DNA from: the human T2T-CHM13v2.0 reference genome, Homo sapiens
Assembly: GCF_009914755.1 (NCBI RefSeq)
Contig: NC_060925.1
Length of the DNA: 64,000 nucleotides
Strand: one strand, 5' to 3'
Under the pieces are notes generated by a model. That model saw only the letters and a list, made by a program, of their open reading frames with translations, made no database searches and was not told the origin of the DNA. Made by a program: the position numbers and the translations under genes. This document shows positions 1-17,450 of the stretch, in pieces; position 1 is the stretch's first letter; every line of letters begins with the position of its first letter.

Positions 1-2343
<2,343 letters not shown>

Positions 2344-2349
<6 letters not shown>

Positions 2350-2492
2350 CCCAGATTGAGGGTAGGTCTGCCTCTCCCAGTCCACTGACTCAAATGTTAA
2401 TCTCCTTTGGCAACACCCTCACAGACACACCCAGGACCAATACTTTGTATCCTTCAGTCCAATCAAGTTGACACTCAATATTAATCGTCACA
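2344..2492 (-). mobile_element. MLT2 (ERVL LTR) 5' portion
   Basis: Reverse complement begins TGTGACGATTAATATTGAGTGTCAACTTGATTGG, matching the recalled MLT2A 5' terminus. Confidence 0.8.
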
Positions 2493-2973
<481 letters not shown>

Positions 2974-5275
2974 ACTGTGTATTTTCAAATGGCCTGTCGT
3001 CAAGATCACTAATTCTTTTGTCTGCTTGATTATTTCTGCTATTAAGAGACCCTGATGCATTCTTCAGTATGTTGACTGCATTTTTTTAACTCCAGAATTT
3101 GTTTGATTCTTTTTAATTATTTTAATTTCTTTGTTAAATGTATCTGATAGGAATCTGAATTCCTTCTCTGTGTTATCTTGGATTTCTTTGAGTTTCCTCA
3201 AAACAGTGAATTCTCTCTCTCTCTGGAATTGGCCCCTGGTGCCTTATTTGTTCGTTTGTTGAGGTCATGTTTTCCTGGATGGCCTTGGTGCTTGTGGATG
3301 TTCATCAGTGTCTGAGCATGGAAGAGTTAAGTATTTATGGTAGTCTTCACAGTCTGGGCTTGTTTATACCTGTCCTTTTGGGAAGGCTTTCCAGGTACAC
3401 AAGGGCACTTGGGTGTTGTGATTCGAGTTTTTGGCCACTGCAGCTTTACCTGCATTAGGGGGCACCCCAAGCCCAGTAACACTGTGTTTCTTGAAGACTT
3501 GTAGAGGTACCACCTTGGAGGTCTTGAATAAGGTCTGAAAGAAATCTCTGGATTACCAGGCAGAGACTCTTGTTCTCTTCCCTTACTTTCTGTCAAACAA
3601 ACGAAGTCTCTCTGTCTGTGCTAACTGTCTGGAGCTGGGGAAGGGATGACACAAGCACCTCTGTGGCCACTACCACTGGGACTGCACTGGGTCAGGCCTG
3701 AAGCTAGCATGGCACTGTGTCTCACTGAAGGCCCACTGTAAAACTACCTGGCTACCGCCTATGTTCTCTCAAGGACCTAGGGCTCTACAATCAGCAGGTG
3801 GCAAAGCGAGTCAGGCTTGTGTCCTTCCCTTCAGGGCAACAAGTTCATTCCCCTAGGCCCCAGGTGGGTCCAGAGATGCCATCCAGGAGCCAAAGCATGG
3901 AGTTGAAAACCCTAGAAACTACCTGTACTCTATTGAACTGGCACCCAAGCCACAAGACAAAGTCCTTCCACTCTTCCCTTCCCTTTTCCCAGGCAGAAGA
4001 ATCTTTCCCTCTGTCCATCATCATCACAGGCTGGTGGGAAGTACTATCAGGCTACTGCCAATGTTCACTTAAGGCCCTAGGTCTCTCCAGTCAGTTTGTG
4101 GTGAATGCTGCCAGGCCTGAGACTCACTCTTCAGAGAAGTGGGCTCCCCTCTGCCAACGGCAGGTCCAGAAATGCCATCCAAAGCCAAGGCCCAGAGCTG
4201 GAGACCCCAAGAGCCTGCTTAGTGCTCTACTCCACTATGGCTGAGCTGGTGCCTAAGCTGTAAGAAAAAATCCCCTTTACTCTTCTGTCTGCTTTTCTCA
4301 AGCAGAAGGAGTCCCTCCTCATAGTCACCACAGCTGTGAATGTACTGGGTCACACCTGAAGCCACGTCTCAGAGTCTCATCCAATGCCCGTGTTGCACTA
4401 CCTTGGTATCACTGCTGTTTATTAAGGGTTTAAGGGCTTAGGGCTCTTTAGTCAGCAGGTGATGAATCCTGCCAGGACTGAGTCCTACCCTTCAAGGCAC
4501 TGGGTTCCCTTCTGGTCCAGGGTGTGTCTAGGTTGCCCAGGAGATAGATTCTGGAATGGGAGTCTCAGGACTCTGCCTGCTGCCCTGTCTTACTGTTGCC
4601 AAGCTGGTATCCAAATTGCAAGACAAAGTCCTCTTTAATCTTCCTTCTCCTCTCAAGTGGAAGGAGGGGTCTTTTTCAGAGCTACAAGCTATGCTGCCTG
4701 GGGTTGGGGAGGGGTGGTGCAAGCACTCTCTTAGCTGCTTTGGCTTGTGTCTCATTAGGTTGCATACCCCAACTCCACTGGCTCTGACCCCAGCACAGCA
4801 TTAGGACTTGCCCAGGAATTGCAGTCCTTGTGGCCTAGACTGCTTTTCAAATTTATTTAGAACCCCAGAGCATTTTAGCCTGTGGTGGTGAGGCATGCTG
4901 AAACTCAAGTTCCAGCTGCTGGAATGGATGATTTCCCTCTGGCTAGAACTTGTCTAAATGCTCCCTCCATGGATGTTGTTCTGCCCAGTGTTGGCAGCAC
5001 TGAGTTCCAATGCAAAGTTCCACAATCACTGTGCTCTCCCTCCCTCAAGTGCACAGATTCTCTCTCCATGCCCTGCAGCCACTGCTGGAGGATTGAGGAG
5101 CGGTGATGTTGGCAATTCAAGACTGTCTTTCCTGCCCTCTTCATTATCTTTTTCTGGAATCTATAGGTAAAATTAGGTACTGTGATTGCTCACTTGATTT
5201 TCAGTTCTTCTGAAGGTGCTTTTTTGTGTAGATATTAAATTTGGTGTTCCTGTGGGGAGGATGATTGATGGAAGA
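2974..5275 (-). mobile_element. LINE-1 ORF1/5'UTR region (old L1M-type)
   Basis: Antisense ORF1-like sequence at 2974-3300, followed by a degenerate 5'UTR with ~330-bp repeated units. Confidence 0.75.
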
Positions 5276-5310
5276 GTGGGATTATGGGTGTGAGCCACTG
5301 TGCCTGGCCA

Positions 5311-5826
5311 AATGTGTGTATTCTGACTGCTCCAAAGACCCACCATTCTCCCATATCTCTCCCTCTCCTTGGGCCTCCCTATTCTCTGAGAAACAGCAAT
5401 ATTAAAATTAGGTCAATTAATAGTCCTACAATGGTCTCCAAGAGTTCAAGTGATAGGAAGAATCACAAGTCTCTCACTTTAAAAAACTATAAATAATTAA
5501 GTTTAACGAGGAAGGCATGTTGAAAGCTGAGATAGGCCAAAAACTAGGCCTCTTGTGCTCAATAGCGACATTGTGGATGCAAAGAAAAAGTTCTTGAAGA
5601 AAATTAAAAGTTCAACTCCAAGGAACACACAAATGATAAGAAAGCAAAACAGCCTTATTACTGATATGGAGGAAGTTTGAATGGTCTGGATAGAAGAACC
5701 AGACACAACCATCCCTTAAGCCAAAGCCTAATCCAGAGTAAAGTCCTAACTCTCTGTCATTCTATGAATAGTGAAAAAAGTGAGGAAGCTGCAGAAGCTG
5801 GCAGAAATTGGTTTATGAGGTTTTAG
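5311..5826 (+). mobile_element. Tigger1 DNA transposon fragment (degenerate N-terminus of the pogo/CENP-B-like transposase)
   Basis: From ATG 5431: MVSKSSSDRKNHKSLTL..., then GAGGAAGGCATGTTGAAAGCTGAGATAGGCCAAAAACTAGGCC ([14 protein letters not shown]), matching Tigger1 MASKCSSERKSRTSLTL...EEGMSKAEIGRKLG. Confidence 0.88.
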
Positions 5827-6002
5827 GAAGAAGAGGAAGAGGAAAGAAGAGGAGGAGAAAGAACAGGAAGAAGAGGAGAAAGAGAAGAAAAAGAAGGAAA
5901 AGAAGAAAAGGAAGAGGAGGAAGGGGACAGGGGAGGGGGAGGAGGGAGAGAGGGAGGGAAGGGAAGAGAAAAGGAGTAGAGTAGAGACAGGTGGGAAGAA
6001 AG
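5826..6002. repeat. GA-rich low-complexity purine tract
   Basis: GAAGAAGAGGAAGAGGAAAG... nearly pure purine. Confidence 0.85.
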
Positions 6003-6087
6003 GCACGAGTAACCTGGTGTACAGTTGGGGATTATGAAGGACTAAATGGCACTAAAATTTCCCTGATGAAGAGGAGACTAAAAGATA

Positions 6088-6385
6088 TTTTATTCCTAGG
6101 AATATGTCTAACCAAGGAGGTGAAAGATCTCTACAATGAAAACTACAAAACACTGATGAAAAAAATTGCAGATGACACAAACAAACGGAAAAATATCCCA
6201 TGCTCATTGATCAGAAGAATCAATGTTGTTAAAAATGACCCTACTACCTAAAGGAATCCACAGATTCAATGCAATTCCTATCAAAATATCAATGTTATTT
6301 TTCACAAAATTAGAAAAAGCAATCCTAAAATTCATGTAGAACCAAAAAACAGCTGAATAACCAAAGCAATCCTAAGCAAAAAGGA
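6088..6385 (+). mobile_element. LINE-1 ORF2 fragment
   Basis: Translates as [46 protein letters not shown] (L1 ORF2p). Confidence 0.9.
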
Positions 6386-8321
6386 CATAAGCTTGAGAGA
6401 ATAGAAGTAAGGAGGAGACATTTCATGAGAAAGGGCATTTTGGGTTAAGGGCATGGGGAGGGGTTCAATTTGGTTGCAATGTTTAAGAGGAAGTGGCATA
6501 TCATGGGGATGGAGGAAAACCACAGGTGACCTGTAAGAGGTCACATGTGCAAGGTTTTGACTATCTTGTAGGTGCTGGACAACTACTGAAAAATGGCTAA
6601 TTAGCAAATTTTCTCTGACATCAAAGGAGAAGATGAAGCAGGGAGGAAACAGTTGCCATGTTCCAGGTGAATCAGACCTAAGGGTGAGACCAGAACTAAG
6701 CTATGAGTAGTAGAAATGGAGAAGAACATGCACTTTGAGGAAATATCAATTAATGAGGGTTGCCAGGACTTGGTAAAAGTACCTAAGAAGCAGTCCCCAA
6801 ATGAAAGTACACATTGCTGTGTTTTGAAGGCTCATTTGCTCCTCTATGTCTTGCCTTTCAGATAGCACAGAAATTATTTCTCAGCTCTTGGGGAGGTTGT
6901 GCACTCTTCAGTCTCCCTAGGCTCAGGGTTAAACAAAGATGGAGACTTGGAAGGGAGTGACTCCAAGGGCAGGGAAACCACACACAACAAGCTGACTTCT
7001 TCTTGTATGTTCAGGGATAGAGTGGCCACAGGTCATTTAGAGTAGGTGTCCTGCCTTTCCAGATGATGGCTGATGAAACAGAGAGGGGCAGGAAGTGAGA
7101 AGGAATCCCTTCATGTATTTCTACTGGCTTCCTGAGAGCAGTGGAGACTAGCTGAGCATAGCATCCAGCAGGAACACAGAAGAGTATGCTAGCATGGAAT
7201 TAATGACACAGACAAAGAAATAGAAGAAAACTAGTAGAGGAATGACTGGATCCCACTCTCTCCTTCCAAATGCCCTATCCTTATGGGTCAGCCTGAACCA
7301 AGGTTTGTTTCCAAGACGGTTTCAGGGACAGGAAAGCCCATCTGAGGTCTGAAGTTGAAGGATCCAGTAAAGTTAGTCCTGTAGGTTTGACAGGGAATAT
7401 TGCTCCCACTTTACAGATGATATCCAGGCAGCAAGAGTTAAGCCAGTAACTACAGACAATGCTCTGGTGGTATGTACTCCTGCGTACATTGTTCTCGGCA
7501 TTTAATTTGAATTATGTTATCCCTGTGAGGTTGGTAGTTTTATTATCCCCATTTAATAGATGGGGGAATTGAGACACAGAGGGGCTAAGTAACCTGCCCA
7601 AGGCTATATAATGCATATGACAGAGCCAGAATTCAAATCCAGGCAATGGGACATCAGAGAGTATGCCTGACCACTATGCTCCATTGACTTCAGCACCAGC
7701 CAAGTCTTCTGATTCCAAGCCCATTGCTCTTTCCAATACATTGTAACAGTCACTTCTTGGCATAAAAATATCATATATCATGCCAATAGTTTCATATGTA
7801 GGGGATTTCAAAGGTGTACCTCTGGGAAGCCTATGATCTCAGCCACATTGTAGGAAATAAATTGCAGAAGTTTAGTGTCTTAAATTCAAATCACAAACAC
7901 AGTATTAACAGTGGGGTGGAAGTATTAGTAAAAATTCATCTTATTAAATGAACATCTGTTTCCTGGAATTTGACAGCATTCTCATACAAGTATGGCCAGG
8001 CTGGGATGGCTCACTGAGAAAGTTTAAGTATACTTTCTAATGAAACTTTCGTAGTTATAAAAACTACAGTGATGAAGTCAGTGGGTAAAGAGTCTGAATT
8101 TTAGTACCTTTAAAAAAGAAGTCAGACACATTGTTTTATCTGCCCAATTCTAGAGTCATTATATCTCTCCCTCCCCAGTCTAGTGTTAATAAAACAGACA
8201 GACTGGGCAGGGAAATGGCAGTTAGTGGGCAAAGGGTTTTTGGTAGGGAAGTGGGCATAGTCCAGAATATTGGGAAATGCCACTGCCTTTCATCTGTTTT
8301 TGGGACTGGGATGGGTTTCCA

Positions 8322-9170
<849 letters not shown>

Positions 9171-12100
9171 ACCAGAGGAAAATCTCATCAGTGACAGGAA
9201 GTCTGCTCCCCTCTATCATGCCCTCTTTCTTATGCTTGTGGCTTTTGCATTTCCTTCTAATAGTGGCTGCCCCACTCTCACCCAGCCCCACAGAAACTCT
9301 GCAGTAAGGCCACTGGTTACCTACTGGGGAAAGGTGGCCAATGCTTACATTACAAACACACAGAAGAAACCATACTCATGTTTTCTCCAGCCCAGAGCAA
9401 GTCAGCAACATGTGAGAAATCCAGACCTTCCTCCTTTGTTCCTTTTGTGTTTGCACTTTGGTTCGCTTTCCACCCAATTCCCATCATGGCTCCTCTTTCT
9501 ACTTAAAGACGGTTGTATCAAAGGGTTTCCAATCAAGAAATCTGCATTTGCACAGGTTTGGATTCACACTCTGGCTCAGCCTCCTACTAGCTGTGTGCTC
9601 TCAGAAAAGTCGCTCAACTCATTGAGTCTGTTTCTTTGTACATAAAATGGGGATGATAATTCCTACCTATAGGGTTATTGTGAGGATCAACTGAAGTATG
9701 TACTTAGGATGTATTAAATAATACATCAATAAATGGTAGTTTTGACTAATTCGTGGGCCCCATCCTCTCCAGTTCTCAACTCTGGGGCTCCTTTCAGAAT
9801 TCTAGTTTGGGTTCAAACCACCTGCAAGCAGAATCCCATAGAATCTAGTCTCTTAGGACCTGCTCTAATCTCTAGTCCCTGCAGGCACCCAGGCTGATGT
9901 ATTAGTGTCCCCATGCAAGTACCCTTTACAACAGAAAAGTGTCAAAACCCTTTTGCAAGTGGGTCAGTGGGCTATCCTGCCTCCCCAAACCCCAAGCTGT
10001 GCTGACCGCCTGCAATTATTTCCACATGATGCAATGCTCCCCCTCCCCTTGGGAGCAGTATTAGGTTTCCTCCCATTCCCATACACTTCAGAGACTGCTA
10101 CCCTCTCACATTTCAGACGCTGACCTGCTCCTTTGCACTTTTCCCCTCTGCTTGTCTGGAGACCTGCATAATGAAATTCAGACAGTGGTGACTAACTTCC
10201 CCTCAGAACAAGGTGGCGTGGGCTGGCAGGGAGCATGCTTCTCCCAAGGCTGGGGCATAAAGCTGAGTGAGAGGAAGCTTGGTGACTTCATTGCTTCGTG
10301 TCAGATCAGAGGTTCCTCGCTCTGAAGGGAAAGGCAAACACTTTTGATCTGACTATGGGAGGCGGGGAGAATACATGCGATCTATAAAATGAAAGAGGCT
10401 TTCCAAAAACAACAAGGCTGAATCATAAGAACTTACATTTATGGAACACTCTGCCGTTTCTAAGGCTCTTTTCACACGCATTGTTTCATTTGACTCTCAC
10501 AGCAGCCCTGGGAGGCACAGGGGACCAGGATTAACATCTCTGTTAGACCAACATTCCCGCTAGACCTTCCAGAAGAGTGCTGAGGTCACACAGTAAGGAG
10601 GTGGCAGAGACTAGGCCCACCTGCAGGCCTCTGGACCCCACACCCAGCACTCCGGCTCTGTGGTGCCGCCTTCTCTCTTGCACTTCAGACCATGAGTAAG
10701 GCCCAACATGTTTAAAGCTTTCCTGTAGAAACACCCCTTATGGCAGCAAACTTACTACCTCCGATGCAAACTTACTACCAAATCTTGCGTCTTATCTAAA
10801 AATTTCATTTGAACTATGAAGTTTGTTATATTAATTGCCACATTTATATTAAATATATTTTATATTCTTAAGGTAAAGGTGAAGCTTTTTATTTTTGCTT
10901 CCCTTAGATAAAATAAATGTTTCAGGAAGATGGCTTTGCTTAGCCTTGGGTGACTTCAGGAGCCCGTGGCACCAGGTTCTAGATGCTTTCAACCAGTGTG
11001 GAAGATGAGTGTGTGGCCTACATGCGACTGCCTGGAGAAATGCTTTATTGAGCCCCCACCTCAGTAAGGTGGTTTTTTAGTTGGTATTGTTGACTGAGGC
11101 TTCTTTTAAACCATATGTCCCAAACATTCCATGCTGCATTCTTTGACAATGGAAAGACACATGTTTGTAAGGTGTGTTTAGTATCTTGAGAGGCTGGAGG
11201 CAGGAGCTTTCGTGCATTCCCAGATGCACTGAGTGCACTTGCAGAGCAGAAAACATGTGCTTTAAGCAGGAATCAGTGATGGAAGCAGGCACAGCCAGAA
11301 GACCAGCTGTGTGTGGAGCTCAGCCGAGGGGTCGGAACACAAGATTTAGGGGCTCGGAATTGTTGTAACTCTATGCCATACCTTACGTCACCCTCCAGGC
11401 AGCTCTCTCTTGGAAGAGTCTTGGGGAGGAGTCCCACTGTCAGCCAGGGAGCATTCTCCTCTCTGTGCCTTTCAGGAGGTCCAAGATCTTTAAATTGTAA
11501 CTTGGACTCCACAGGGCCCTGCGGTGCAAGCCTCAGCTGACTCTGGCTAGCCTTGCCAACTCCTGCTGTCCATCCCAGAGCTGGCTCAGCACTTGCTAGT
11601 GGCGTTTTTCTTCAGAGAGGAATCCTGGCACCACCAATCTGCAAAGTTAGTTGAGACAATTATAGCACACTTATCAGAACAGATGGGATCAAAATCTCAA
11701 GTCAAAGGTGAGTGAGGTGACAATCATGAGGGCCGTCTCCTTTGACATGGGTTTGAAGGCAGTGGGAATATATTCCAAAGTGGTCTTACAATTGTTTGCA
11801 ATTACAGACTAGGGATTTGCTGAAGGAAAGAGAGTCATCCAAGAGGACAATCTCAACAGCTAACATGTACAATGGTTTCTTATGTGTGCCAGACACTGGC
11901 CTTAGCATCTTAAGTGCATTTGTTTATTTACACCTCACAACAGTCTTACAAGGTAGGTACTAGTGTGACCTGTCCCGTTTACACAGATAAGAACATGAAA
12001 TCACAGAGACTGTAAGTAACTTGTCTAAGGTAAACAGCTAATACGTGGCAGAGCTGGGATTTGAACCCAGGGCCTCCTTACTTGTAACTACCATGCTATA

Positions 12101-13431
12101 CTGCTTCTCACTGCCTGCCCAATGCACTCACAAGTAACAGTAAATGAACTTTCTTTAGCCCTATTTTATGCCAAGCCATGTGCTGAATGCTTGACACGCC
12201 CTATCTCTCACAGTTCTGACAAGATTCCTGGAAAGGAAGTACTATCATCACTTCCATTTTCTAAATTACTCCCAGCTTCAAATGAGGAAACTGAGGCTCA
12301 GAGATGTTAACTTGCCAGGAGTTATATACCTAGTAAATGACCCTAAAGCCGATACTCTTAATCATTCTATTTTGCTGCCTTCTATATAAACTGCATAAAC
12401 TGTGACTAGCTCAAAATAAATAAGAGGTTGTTTTTTTTTCTTTTTTTTCTTTAGAGAGTGTCCTATGTATTCTGGACACTAAATAAGTGCATACTTATTT
12501 CCAAGAAAATGCTTATAGGATTTGAGATCTGGGCGGTAGGCAGTATGGTGAAACGCAAAGAACCCTGAGCTTGCAGTCAGAAGATCTAGGTGCAAGTCCC
12601 ATCTCTGGCGCTTGGCTTCCCAGTTTCCTCATTTGTAAAATGGAGCAAACGAGAATGCCTGTCTGTGGGAAATGAATGATAGGACATATGTGGTGCTGTT
12701 ATTATTTAACATATGGAAATAGTTCTCTTTTTAGACCAACTCCTTTCATTTTTTTTAGATGAGAAAACAGAATCCTAGAGAGGTTAAAAAAACTTTCTCG
12801 AGTCCCACAGCTAGTTCATGACAGTCAGGACTTGAAATCAATTCCTCAGCCTTACAGTCCAGCACATTAGCTACTTTACTGGGCTGATTTTCTGATATTC
12901 CTTAGAGTTTGTGTTTTAGGATTATCCTCTCATTGCTTGGTTCCATTTATTAAACTGCTGCTTCTCTTGTATCTGTGGAATTAAGGGTCAAAAAGAGTTT
13001 AGATAAGGTGAATGCACACTCTCCACAACTATCTAGTGGATTCCTGGTTTCCATTTGCAGAAAAGAGCAGCTAAAAAGTCATAAAATTGGTAGACAGCTC
13101 TCCATCTCCCTGTCTCCTATTCATCTTTAAAGGATCTGCCACCAAATGGTGATGTGAGCAGAAAAACAAGGAAGGCACCATAGAGCTCTCCCAGGTGGTC
13201 TTGTCTGGTCTAGTGGCAGGTGTGGTGTTGTGGGGAGAGGGAATTACTAAGGAAGAAATCAATAAAGATCAATGGAAAGTCCCACAGTTAGGTTCAAAAC
13301 ATCAACTGTACCCAGTGCAGGGTAAGTAGAATCGTTCACACAAAAATGACCTTGAGGTTTTAGTTGTATAAGCTCAATAAGAAATAATAGTGCTATGGAT
13401 TTGTCTAAAAACCAATTGCATTCTGAAAATG

Positions 13432-13946
13432 TGTGGTGGCTAATATTTTATGTCAATTTGACTGGACTAGGAATGCCCAGATAGTTTGCAAAACATGATT
13501 TCTGGGTGTGTCTGTGAGGGTGTTTCCAGAAGAGATTAGTCTTTGAATATGTAGTCTGAGCACAGACGATCCACCTTACCAATATGAGTGGGCATCATCC
13601 CATCCATTGAAGGCCCAAATAGAACAGAAAGGTGGGGGAAGGATGAATTCACTCTCTCTCTTCTTGAGCTGGGACAGCCATCTTCCCCTGCCCTTGAACA
13701 TCAGAAATCCTGGTTGCGGGTCTTCAAACTGGGACTTATACCAGTGGCACCTCTCCTTCCAGGTTCCCATGCCTTTGGACTTAGACTGAATTATACCACT
13801 GGCTTTCCTGCTTCTCCAACTTGCAGACAGCATATGATGATACTTCTTGGCTTCCATAATTGTGTGAGCCAATTCCCATAATCCCCTCTTATATATCTAT
13901 ATATATCCTATTGGTTCTGTTTCCTTGGAAAACTCTGACAAATACA
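13432..13946 (+). mobile_element. MLT2 (ERVL) solo LTR
   Basis: TG...CA termini: TGTGGTGGCTAATATTTTATGTCAATTTGACTGG ... TTGGTTCTGTTTCCTTGGAAAACTCTGACAAATACA. Confidence 0.85.
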
Positions 13947-13974
13947 GAGTGAGTTAAGACTTACTTTTTAGTCT

Positions 13975-14267
<293 letters not shown>

Positions 14268-14899
14268 CTAGTCCTGACCCTTTCACAAACTGGCTGAGGA
14301 ACTCAAGCAAGTGTTTTAAAGCCCTCAAAATGAGGAATGGTATAGTCACTCTGTATTCTGTACTTAAGACAGATGCATAGAAAGGCTTCTTTCTGAACGT
14401 CTTATTTTCACATTGTATGGACAAGCTGGAGCATAACCAGAGGCCTCGGACTCAGCACTGGAAAGAATTCACCTTTGTGAGGCTTTCCATCATGTAGTAG
14501 ACACCGAGCTAGGGTTTTACCTATATGGTCTCGGTTAATCTTCACATCAATGCTGAAATGTTTTTTATTATTCTAAAAAAAAAGAGTTTTTTCTTTTTTT
14601 TTTTGGAAGAAACTTGCCTAAGATCGCTCCCACTGAAAGTGAAAGGGCTGACTCCTAAATGCATGTCCTTCCCACTACTAGGATAGAAAAACATCTAAAA
14701 ACCATGTCATGAGAGGGCAGCTATGGAAACCAAGAATAACAATAGCTATCCAAAAAAATATATGAAGGACTGTTAGGTCCAGGAAAATAGATTTATTCAT
14801 TTTTGATCCCAGAGAAACTTGATCCATGGTAGGAAAACAGGAAGTTGGTGTCGGGAAGAGCTTTCTATTAGAGGCGATTCAACCAAGGACCCAGCTTCC

Positions 14900-15362
14900 T
14901 TAACTCATCCTGAGCATCCTTTGGCAGAGGAGATGCTGTCAGTATCCGGCAGTGTCCCCCTACTTGCACCTCTGCTGGGTGTGCTGAACCAGCCTCAATT
15001 GCCAAATCCTGTGAATCTTTGCCTACGGGATTCTCTGGTCATTGGAGCCCACCTACTTGCATACTGGAAGTGACCAGGGAATAATCACTTCCCCCGGCAA
15101 CTGACATGGAATGCCTGATGGGATAAATGCCCTGGCCCTCTTGCCCCTCATGGGATAACTCTGGGGTGCATGCTCTATGCTGTTTCTCAGAGTTCTCAGC
15201 AGGATGAAGCTCCAGTTGGTGGAAACTTGTTTCATTGTTTTCTTCTCTTGCCTGTCTCACTTCTGCTGCTCAACCAGTGTTCCGTGGAATAACTTCTCAA
15301 ATAAGCCACTTGCATTTGAATCTTTGCCTTGGAGTCCACTTCTGTGGAACCCCAAAGTAAGG
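14900..15362 (+). mobile_element. LTR16-like ERVL LTR
   Basis: CCCACCTACTTGCATACTGGAAGTGACCAGGGAAT...AATAAGCCACTTGCATTTGAATCTTTGCC resembles recalled LTR16. Confidence 0.55.
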
Positions 15363-15567
15363 CAATCCCTATGATTCATGAGCACTGGACTGAATGTCAA
15401 GGGATTTAAGTTTTCATTTTGCTTCCTGACCATGTGCTTTTGGGCAAGTTACTAACTCTGTCTGGCTCCTCATTTTCCCATTTGGACTAGATGAAATATA
15501 CTTCTGTCATTTATATTCATGATCATGAGTACACCTAGCACTTCAATTTGTAGAGTCCTTTGGCTGC

Positions 15568-15929
<362 letters not shown>

Positions 15930-17450
15930 TGATCTTCAAAATACCTCTATGAATTACAGAAGGTATGAACAACTTTGCCTATCTAGAAGATTAGATAATT
16001 GAACACCATAAGGGATTAGTGTCCTTTTTTCTCATCTAAATATTTTAACTAATTTGCTCATATTATCCACCAGTCTGAGTGATTCTCATGCCTTATTCTT
16101 CTAAATTTCCATCTCCAACTTTGATGCATAGAACAAGTTTCCTGTTTCCTGATGGCTAGGAAACATCTGGAATTGTGGCCAAAATAAGAAGAGATTCACA
16201 ACCTTGAATATAAAATTTTCCCTTCAACAGTCTATACTAGGTTAAGTGCTGTGTGAGACAAGCATGTGGAGGGAGACATAGTCTCCCTGGACTCTGTGCT
16301 GGTGGGCTGGGGAACTGTGTATATGCACTCTGAGAAGAGGCAGCACAGGACACGTTTCAGAAATGACATAAACAAAGTTTGGGCTCTCTGAGAGATGGAC
16401 TGTGTGTGAGTGTAAATGTGTTTGATCTCTGTATCATCAGTTTCTAAAACTGTACCTTGGATATAGTAGGTATTAAGTAAATATTTCTTAAGTGTTAATA
16501 TATGCCTGCATAAATGAATAATAGCACCCTGGGAGTTCTGGGAAGATACTGTATTACTACTAGAGTAGTCAGGGCAACTTTCCAGAGGGGATGGATGGAA
16601 TTTGAGGTGGGCCTTGAATGACTGTCAGTATTTCTGTTGTCAGAGAGGGCATCCCAGGTGGAGGATATGGCATGGGCATATAAGCAGAGACACAAATACT
16701 CTAAGTATGTACCAGAGGGTGGCCAAAGGCCTTGTGCGACTGATGCACTATGTTAACATGGGGCGGGGTGGAGCCAGGTTGGTGGAGGCCTTTGAGGCCA
16801 GGAGGAGTTCAGGATGCAGTGGTGAACTGCTAAGGGTTCTGATTGCGACAGCCATGGTGACGGCTAGGGAGGAAGTGTAGTCAGGTGTCAGTGCAGAGTA
16901 TGGACAGAGGAAGGGAGAGAGAAACAAAATCGTGAGGAGGAGATTACAGTAATTCTGGCAGGAATGTGAGGGTGTCTGAATTAGGGAGTGGAAGTGAAAA
17001 TAGAAAAGGAAGAATGGGTCCAGAATTCAGTAGAATATGGATTTTAGGAGCACAAGCTTTGGGGTAAAGCAGCCTGGTGCCAAATTCTTTCCCTGCTGTG
17101 CAATATTAGAATTATATATCCTCTGTTGTCTCATTTGCAAAAAGGGAGTCATAAGATGTTGGTAAGAATGAAATGAAATAATGTATATAAAGAACAAAGC
17201 AAAATGCTGTCACATACACTCTACATGACAGAAGTTTTAAAAAATTATTATTTTATTAAAGAAAGAAAGACTCAGCTACTCATTAATTACCCAGCATTTA
17301 GAGATGGTTATTATTAGTGCATCATACAGTCTGTCCACTGGAACTTTGTTGGTCCCCACACTATTTCTCTAGATCCATGAAAAATGAAGTGTGTAACTAG
17401 TACAGGCCAGAAGCACTGAAGAAAGTCAGTACCATGGGGTTCATGGGCAC

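Noticed and set aside
4422-4445. Telomere-like TAAGGG/TTAGGG repeats
   Set aside because: Only three degenerate units inside L1 5' sequence; local slippage rather than an interstitial telomere.
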